Below, piece after piece: positions 27,201 to 36,200 of a DNA stretch of 64,000 nt; positions within the stretch are counted from its first letter, which is position 1; each line of letters starts with the position of its first letter. Where the stretch lies: the NCBI GenBank assembly GCA_965644265.1, contig OZ286473.1, forward strand, positions 22,382,001-22,446,000. Reading direction: 5' to 3'. Source of the stretch: Glycera tridactyla (Eukaryota). The notes beneath the pieces were generated by a model. That model was not told the origin of the DNA and made no database searches. It was given only the letters and a program-made list of their open reading frames with translations. The position numbers were made by a program, and so were the translations under genes.

Positions 27201-30200
27201 TTTATAACTGGAATTCACTGACCTTGTTCCCAGCTCCTGAAATCATTGTACCCTGAGTACTTCCCACAGTAAGTGTTTAATGTGACAAAAAAATGACATC
27301 GTTAAGAAGATAATTGAACTCTCCAAATTATTGCAAATTGAAAACAGTTTTTCTCTCAATAATCACACAATCTTTCTGATGACATTCAGGTTTGATGCTT
27401 TTGTGTATTCATTGTCATCTTCAAGGTTTCAAGTCGCAGGTTTTGTTTTCAAGCTATATATCATTCCGCTTTCTTTTGCCATTATTGGCTTCTTTTGTGT
27501 GTAGCATTCGTTCAAGCACGCATGGCGAAATGAGCCGAATGGGAATTAAGAGTAATAGACCCGAATCAACTACAATAGAGCCATCTGGTGAGTTTTGGAG
27601 GTACCGATATACCGGAATCATCAGGCGTGGGCTTCTCTCTCCCGTTCACGACCTCTGCGTGACTTTCAGCTGTGCTTTTGGAGCGCCATCTGGCGGGGGT
27701 GACATCCATCAATGCTGCATGCTTGCTCAGTCGAACTAACTGTTTCACTTTTGACGGGCATAATTGTACAACTGGTTGCCATGGAAACCCGTAGGGTAGC
27801 AGTCGAGGTGAAAGATGTGCAGAGTTGTCAATGTGACCTTGAGGATATATCAGTATCAATTGGCTGATGTATATTATGGCATCTAGATTCATCGAGAACA
27901 CTATGAGAAATTGGTAAATCATATCAGAATTCGACTAATTTTGCAAGCAGGGCTTGACATCAAGGTTTTCGGCCAGCTGTGCATCTGGACAAGTAACATA
28001 GAATGATTGGTTATCCACCCTTGAAATTCACTTGTCCAACAAAATATTAGATATACTTTATGAAGAAAATAGCAGTTGTCCGGCGGACAAGTTGGTCAAA
28101 GAATTTACTTTTTTCCGCCATGGATTTCTACCTGTCCCGGACAAAGGGAACAATCCTTAATGTCAGGCCCTGGCAAGCAGAACTTTAGGTCAGCAATTGT
28201 CTTGACTGTTGCCACGTTGATGCACTATGTCTTCAAGGTCATGACAACTTTCCACGGGACTAGTACCCTAGTTTTTTTCTTTACAGGAACATTATATCAT
28301 TACTCTGGCTGTGGAGAAAAAAAAAATCATACTCGATTCCATATTTTTTATTTTTGTGTAACCTTTGCCTCCTGTACAGCATCCGATCTAGCTCAAAGAG
28401 CACCGTGAGCAAGTTAAGTTTGTCTAAGGAGCCAATATATCTGGCATCGGATGCGGCTGAATCGAGCCCCAGTGGTGAGTGAGCGTGCGGGAAATCGGGA
28501 GAATGGCATGAACACGCCATCGAGTTCACTAATATCTGCATGCTTCGCTCAAGAACACCCCAACACACACCGTAATCCAGCATGCTCATCGCTTATCATT
28601 GTATTGCCGACCTTCGCAGGTGTAGCACTAATGAGTACTGACCCCCCCCCCCCCCCCCCCATTAAATATGCTTCAAACAAAAATAGGTTCAGCTGTGTAT
28701 CAAATTGTTACAATCAATCAGTCTGAGGTGGGGCATAACTTTTAGTGTGTTCAGTTGCATGATGTTAACAAAATTCCTATTCATTCCCATGCCCAAGATG
28801 AAGAATATTCGGTAGAGATGCAGTGAATTTATTGAGGCATAAGTGTCAGCCCCCCACCAGATACATAGTTGCCGGGCACAGCATAGGGATATCCTCAAAT
28901 GCCCTTGGTCTCTGGCTGCAGATCAAACAATAATCTGAATATAATTTGCTAAAGGATGTTTGGGACGTAGCATTGAAGCAGTTATACTTTTTGAGAAGAT
29001 AAACAGTGTATCTGGTATTTTTCATTCAGATACAATTTACATGTACAGTAAAACCTGTCTTAAGTGAAAAGTCACGGGACCAAATTTTTCTTCCACTTAA
29101 GACAGGATTTGGCTTAGTGCAGGACAATTATAGTGCAGGCAGACAGTGGGGTATGTGCTTAAGACAGGATTTTGCCTAGCACAGGTTTACACTCAAGCAG
29201 GTTTCACTGTATCTCAGGACGTGGATCATTTCTAATTGAGTTGTAAGTTTTCACTAATGCTGATGAAATTTTTACCTTCCATTGGGGTGTCTGAAGAAGG
29301 AGTCTTGAAAGATTCCCCCATGACCATTGCACGGCATCACAATATAGCACATATGGTGCTGCAGTGATGTTAAACCAGAACCAACAACAATGGTGCCAAT
29401 TTTCCGAAAATTTTCGGAAATCCAAAAATTGGGTAAACAATATCAATTTCAGAAATTGCTAAAATCCGGTTGGGAGTTTCAGAACAAATATTTTGATGAC
29501 ATGTGGGGGTCTATTCAGAGATTGATTCCATATTTCTGAAAATTTGGCTTCATTTCATTGACATCACTGGAACAAACCCTTGGTCCTGCAAAGTACGTCT
29601 TGCGTAGAAGGTGGCAAGAGTAGATGATGCATAGCAATGTGTTTGTGTTGAGTGTTCGTGGGGAGCATGCAGGCCACCTTCATCCTCTGTAGGCTAATTA
29701 CTTTCCTCGGGTTAGTTATGTGCTCGTCTTTTCTTATTACCTTTTCTATATTCAGCTCACGACTTTTGAAGATCACTTATGGACTTATTAAGGCAATCAC
29801 TGTCCAATCAATGGGCAAAGAGACATACTTTCACCAGATCGATTAATTTGATGGGAAGTTCTGGTTCCAGCATTTATTGTAAGAGATAAAAGAAAACTCT
29901 TGACCAATCAGTCAATCAATCCACATCACAGACCTAAGGAGAATCTAGTTGCTGTATAGGAATTTTCATATACAGTGATGCCAATTCATCAGGAAGTTTC
30001 TGAATTCAGGAAACTTATCACCAGAATTGAATTCCAAAAGTTTTCCCAAATAGAATTAAAAGTGTAAAATCAGTAGCTTTTGGAAGTATATGGGGGTATT
30101 TTCAGGAAATTTTGCCAAAATTGCAGGAAATTCCACCAGTGCAGATGAATCTGGGTTATTGCTGTCTTGGGTACGGTTCATATGTGGTCTTCATCTTTCA

Positions 30201-33200
30201 AGTGTTTCCACTTTACATCTTCTCGAGTGCTCTAGAGTTTTTTTAACCACTAACCAGAACTTTGTACCTCTCCCATCTTCCATTCTGTATGTGTGTGTGT
30301 CTGCTAGCGTGAGGAGTAGCTCCGATGTGGACAAGCTAACCCTCAAGTCAAATAGCGCCCCTGATGATGAGACGGTGCATTTCTCCACCCCAACGGGAGG
30401 TATGGCGGGTAAGAATGGGTAAAGGCTGCCGCAGCTGCTGAATGGAACATTTTACATTAAAAAAGATGGCAAAGTCTAAGCCGCTTCTGTGATACAGGGC
30501 AGGAGTAGAAAACAACAGATTATCTCAACAGATCATGGGGATCGGTAGATTTCAATTTAGCCACCCATCCCAGAAAACCATCAGCCCTGTCAATTCTTGC
30601 AGAGTGATTATGATCATTTTTTGCATTCACCTTTTCGGCCTGTGCAATTTAAACCAGCCTATCCACTAGGAGAATTTTATTTCATGTGTAGAAAAGAACT
30701 TGGGTATGATAGTACCAGAGCTGTCACTCATTACAATTTTGGAGAATTAATCACCCTTTTTGAGCCAGATTTTTTTCGGCTTTTTACGCGCAGCATTTCT
30801 GCAAGAAATTTATGATCTAAAATTTTCATCATTGCAAACATACAACATACTGCTTTCATCACTTATGAAAATTGGCATCATTATTATTTTGCTCATCATA
30901 TGTCAGCTTCCCTGTAATACATGAAAATTTGCATCAGTTCATCAGCTAGTCTGAAGATCATTTATTTTTGCCATTGGGGCAGGTCTTAGTGTAGAGCCCT
31001 GTCCAGTGTTTTGAACTTTGCCAATTTATCGACCTCCAGAGGACCTAGTATATTACCGTGTATTTGATTTTGCCACTTCAGATGTAAAGTGGAACCATTT
31101 CAGGATGGCAGTATTGTGTTGTCACACTTGCTGACACACTCGTAGTGATCCGTCTATTGATATTCTACAAATTCCAGGTTGTGGCACATACTTCCTACAC
31201 ATTTCACAACCACCTGTTCCAACTCATGATGAAATAGCACCTCGTACATGAGCAATCCCTTGGTTGTTTTAATCTCATTTCTGGCTCGTCCACCATGTGA
31301 CTGGCTACTGTTCAATCCTATCAGATACTTTCAAAAATATCTGATATATTCCAAAAAGTTTACCTACATCTTACAGGGCTTGATGTTAAGGGTTGCCCTA
31401 TTTCCCGGGGCAAGTAAAATCTGTGTTCGGGCAAGTGAATTACCATCACTACTTGCCCAAAGGGCAAGTTCATTTCAGGGATAAGTGTATACATCAAATA
31501 AGTGGGGCAAGTACATTTGGTATTCAGGCAAGTTCATCTCAATGAGTACTTGCCCAAAGGGCAATTAAGCTGAAAACCTTAGTGTCAAGCCCTGTCTTAT
31601 TGGCATGACTCTACAGTTGAACCTGTATAAAGCAACCACCTGTCTCAAGCAGCTATGTTTGGACTTTTTGCCAGAGGCAACAACCCGTCTTTGAGCAAGT
31701 TCTCAGTTTCCCAACGGTGGTGGCCTCATACAAGTTCTACTGTGTATGAATCACTGAGTCACAGCACTTGGTCGACGTCAGAATGAGTAGCTCCTTATAT
31801 GCATGTAAGTGACACGTGATAGAGATAGATTTCGGTGGATGGCTTACCAAGGTATGGTGTCAATTGCCAAACTGTACAAGAAATGTCACCTAACCCTCAC
31901 TACCGGTGTCCTCAACAGTAAATTTTGCCAGGTGGACCTAAACCGAAATATCTCATGTCATTTACTCTAGTCATGTGTTTGTTGAGCATGGGAATGGTCA
32001 TGAATTATTGGTACATGTATTAAGGAATCTGTATTGAGCAACCACTGTAGTATCAAACAGCCACTTCCTGATTCTCTGCTGGATTATTTTTCTCCATTGG
32101 ATAGGTGGCCTCTGTAAGGAGGTGGTCTCACAAAGGTTTGACTGTAGATAAGACCAAGTCAGTTTGGCCTGAGATCAAGTCATTGTTTCGAGCCAACCTG
32201 CTGTCATGGGCGTACAGATGGGGCCACACTTTAGTATCATGGGGTACAGTGAGGGGCAAAGCTTCTGTGTCATGGGGTACAGATGGGGCCGATCTGCTTT
32301 CATGGGATACAGATGGGGCCAGGCTGCAGTAATGGTGTACAGATGGGGCCAGGCTGCAGTAATGGGATACAGATGGGGCCAGGCTGCAGTAATGGGGTAC
32401 AAATGGGGCCAGGCTGCAGTAATGGGATACAGATGGGGCCAGGCTACAGTAATGGGGTACAGATGGAGCCAGGCTGCAGTAATGGGGTACAGATGGGGCC
32501 AGGCTGCAGTAATGGGGTACAGATGGGGCCAGGCTGCAGTAATGTGATACAGATGGGGCCAGGCTGCAGTAATGAGGTACAGATGGGGCCAGGCTGCAGT
32601 AATGGTGTACAGATGGGGCCAGGCTGCAGTAATGGGATACAGATGGGGCCAGGCTGCAGTAATGGGGTACAAATGGGGCCAGGCTGCAGTAATGGGATAC
32701 AGATGGGGCCAGGCTACAGTAATGGGGTACAGATGGAGCCAGGCTGCAGTAATGGGGTACAGATGGGGCCAGGCTGCAGTAATGGGGTACAGATGGGGCC
32801 AGGCTGCAGTAATGTGATACAGATGGGGCCAGGCTGCAGTAATGTGATACAGATGGGGCCAGGCTGCAGTAATGGGGTACAGATGGGGTCCAAATTGCTG
32901 TCATGGGGTACAGATGGGGCCAGGCTGCAGTAATGGGGTACAGATGGGGCCAGGCTACAGTAATGAGATACAGATGGGGCCAGGCTGCAGTAATGGGATA
33001 CAGATGGGGTCCAAATTGCTGTCATGGGATACAGATGGGGTCCAAATTGTTGTCATGGGGTACAGATGGGTGCCAGACTGCTGTCATGGGGTACAGATGG
33101 GGCCAAGCTGCAGTAATGGGATACAGATGAGGCCAGGCTGCAGTAATGGGGTACAGATGGGGTCCAAATTGCTGTCATTGGGTACAGATGGGGCCAGGCT

Positions 33201-36200
33201 GCAGTAATGGGATACAGATGGCAGTCTGCGAAGTTAGCCACTAGCCCGAAGCCCGGGGCTAGAAGAAATCGAATCGGGCTACCAATACAAGCCAAGATGG
33301 TAGCACGACCGGGCTAGTAATAATTTTGGGGAACTATCGGTAATATAACGCTTTATTCCATGTGAAAATCCGTCTTTATTGTGCAGAAAAACGTGATCCG
33401 TGGGCGCCACCATCTTGGTATTCTCGTGGGGCTAGATGATCGTGCCCGAGAGAGATGACGATCGCAGTTCGCCAATTTTGCGACAGATGGCGGTGTTTCG
33501 ATTGCGAGCCGCAGCGCCACACTGTGGCGTGAATCGGGACTATCGAACTCGTCAAATTTGCGATAGATGGCGGGGTTCGAGATGCGAGTTACACTGCACA
33601 ACACGTGCATTCATGGTGATAATCGGAACCAGCTCGCGCCTTTTTCAATGAGTGAAAACAACTGAGATTTGTTGAAAGGAATCTTCACAAGGCTTTACAA
33701 GAAAACACTGCCTAGTGTCAGCATAGGTTAATTTCACCTCCCACCCTCCCCCTCATTCTACACCCACCCTCCCCCTCACTCAACACCCGCCCTCCCCCTC
33801 ACTCAACACCCAATCTCACCCCCACCCAACACCACACTCACCACCATGTTGATCAACAGTCAGTCAGTCAACACTCAGTTAGTTGATCAACACTCAATCA
33901 GTCAGTCAGTCAACAGTTAAGTCACTCAAGCCCCCCCCCCCCCCCCCCCCCCATACTGAGATGACTGCATTTTATGTATCTTCGCGGGGATTCGCTATTT
34001 TATTTCATCCTGTGTTCATCAGTCCATGGATTGGTGATTCTTGCAAAGCTGTTTCACCGAAAACAGGAGCAAAACAATAGGCCCCTGGGCCTTCAAATAG
34101 TTCGGGCTAGTAAATTGGTGTTCGGGCTAGTAGAACTGCCCATCTACTAGCCCGACCGGGCTAGTGCTGCCATTTTTTTTGGCACAGACTGAGATGGGGC
34201 CAGGTTACAGTAATATGATACAGATGGGGCCAGGCTGCAGTAATGGGGTACTGATGGGTCCAGGCTGCAGTAATGGGATACAGATGGGGTCCAAATTGCT
34301 GCCATGGGGTACAGATGGGGTCCAAATTGCTGTCATGGGGTACAGATGGTTGCCAGACTGCTGTCATGGGGTACAGATGGGGCCAAGCTGCTGTCATGGA
34401 GCACAGATATCACCAAAAATGCTGTCATTGGTTGCAGATGGGCCTAGCTGCTATTATGGGGTACAGATGGGGCCAAGCTGCTGTCGCGGGGTAAAGATGG
34501 GGCCAAAATGCTGCCATGGGTTACAGATGGGGTCTAGCAGCTGTTATGACGTTGGGCCATGCTGACGTGTTATTTGGCACATATAGGGCCAAGTTTCTGT
34601 GTCATTGTTTACATTTCGAACACTGTATCGTTAGGAGATATGAGATTCGTGTCATGTGGTCTTCATTAGAGTTACCTCTTAATTTGGTGTGACTCAGCCG
34701 TACTTTCATGAGACATTTTGACTGTGAATTCTTTTAATTGCACCCAACATTTAGTCAGACAATATTCAAGACATTGGAGAATTTTCCTTTGACATGTTAT
34801 GGCAGATTAATCCTCTGATAAAATGTTCCAACATGGATGAGAACAAAAAATTGTATGAGGTATGGACAACGTTTGTTGACCGAGCCAGATTGTGATTTCG
34901 GTCACCCAAAACATGTTGTTCTATGATTTTTTCAGATTCTGCCCAACTTGTACCTTCCGACGAAACTGGTATAGACCATCTCTCCACATTGATTTCCCCG
35001 ACTTACTCTTGTGCCTTCTCTAATACTGCACAACTGCATGTCTGTTTTGCTTTCTTCCTGCTCTATCTGTCGTTTTGTCTAACTTCCTGTGTGACCTAGG
35101 TCATAAGTCGGCATTAGCCAGGGTTTGTACAGGACTTGAAAACTCTTTGTACTTGGATGGACTCTTTGAAAAGTCCTTCAATTTGTGAAGTTGGTACAGT
35201 CCTTTAAAAGTAGTGAAATACTATTTTACATTGAATTGTCATAGTCAACATACAAATAGAATGAAGTGACTGACATTTGAATGTCAAGAAATGCACAATC
35301 TATCCAAGTTGCTTCATTTGAACGGCAAATGAGTTTGGTATCTGAATGTTGAATTATGATAGATTAAGTATTCTACTCTCTCTCTGCTTTCTGTGAGGAA
35401 ATTGTCACATATTGACATTCATATTTTTTCTTGAGAAAATTTTGCAACTCCTTGATAAGTCCTTGAATTTGAGGGCAGCGGAAGAGTACGAACCCTGATT
35501 AGCATTTGTATTCATGTGTGTCCTAATCTTTTTTTGAGCATGACAATTGCATTATTGAGTCCATAGTCGGATTAGTCATCCTCTAGAATTGGGAATGTGA
35601 CGGCAGCAAGGCCCCGCGTTGTGTGGGACAGTTTCTGTGACGTTAGGCGCGTATGGCTCTAGGGTTTTGTGTCAAGTCTGTGTTGCGCGATTGCATGAAA
35701 GCATCGCTTGTATTAGATGCTGCATGCATCTATGTGATGTTGGCATGTGCTAATTTATGATGAGTTTACCTTATTCTGTGGCATGCAATTTTTGGCTGCA
35801 GATGTGTGAGCTTCCTCGGCCAAATGAAAATGCTTAAACCGTTTGTTATCTGACTGATGACTAATGCTCTGAGTTTATTTATTTATAAAGAAATATTTTG
35901 GCTGGACGAATACATTGGTTGCTCAAGACAGGATCTCTCTTAGTATAGGCCATGCTTAAGGGGATTTTGATTTCTTCTCGTTATTTCATCTCAGGTGGAG
36001 GTCCTCATAACTCATAGTTCCTTGTACAGTCGAACCTGTCTATAAAGACCGCCTTCGGTCGCATCAAAATTTACTGTTGAAAATACTACCTGGTCTTTAT
36101 AGAGAGGTGGTCTTTAGAGCAGGTTCGACTGTACATATATATGTAGGATATCAGTTCCAAGTACCATCATAGCTGCAAAAATGATACCACCTTGATAGTA

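Noticed and set aside
32105-33207. Long repetitive ORFs on both strands (e.g. 258 aa [10 protein letters not shown] repeats, 216 aa QMGPGCSNG repeats)
   Set aside because: By-products of a 30-bp (3n) minisatellite that is open in several frames on both strands; intronic, with no splice or start context
34000-34040. Possible fifth MXE, 11 nt (34023-34033, PWI), phase 2 to 1
   Set aside because: Lies inside the 33222-34191 transposon, has a weak GTGATT donor, and shows no similarity to the IRSS exons
35790-35812. Acceptor tttttggctgcag followed by AT|GTGTGA or ATGT|GTGAGC (2- or 4-nt exon)
   Set aside because: Neither length preserves the frame, and the phase-1 reading hits TGA at once
35970-36020. 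Strong acceptor at 35994 with a 6-nt exon GTGGAG or a WRSS* reading
   Set aside because: The donor GTCCTC is non-consensus and the other reading stops after 4 codons; the evidence is too weak
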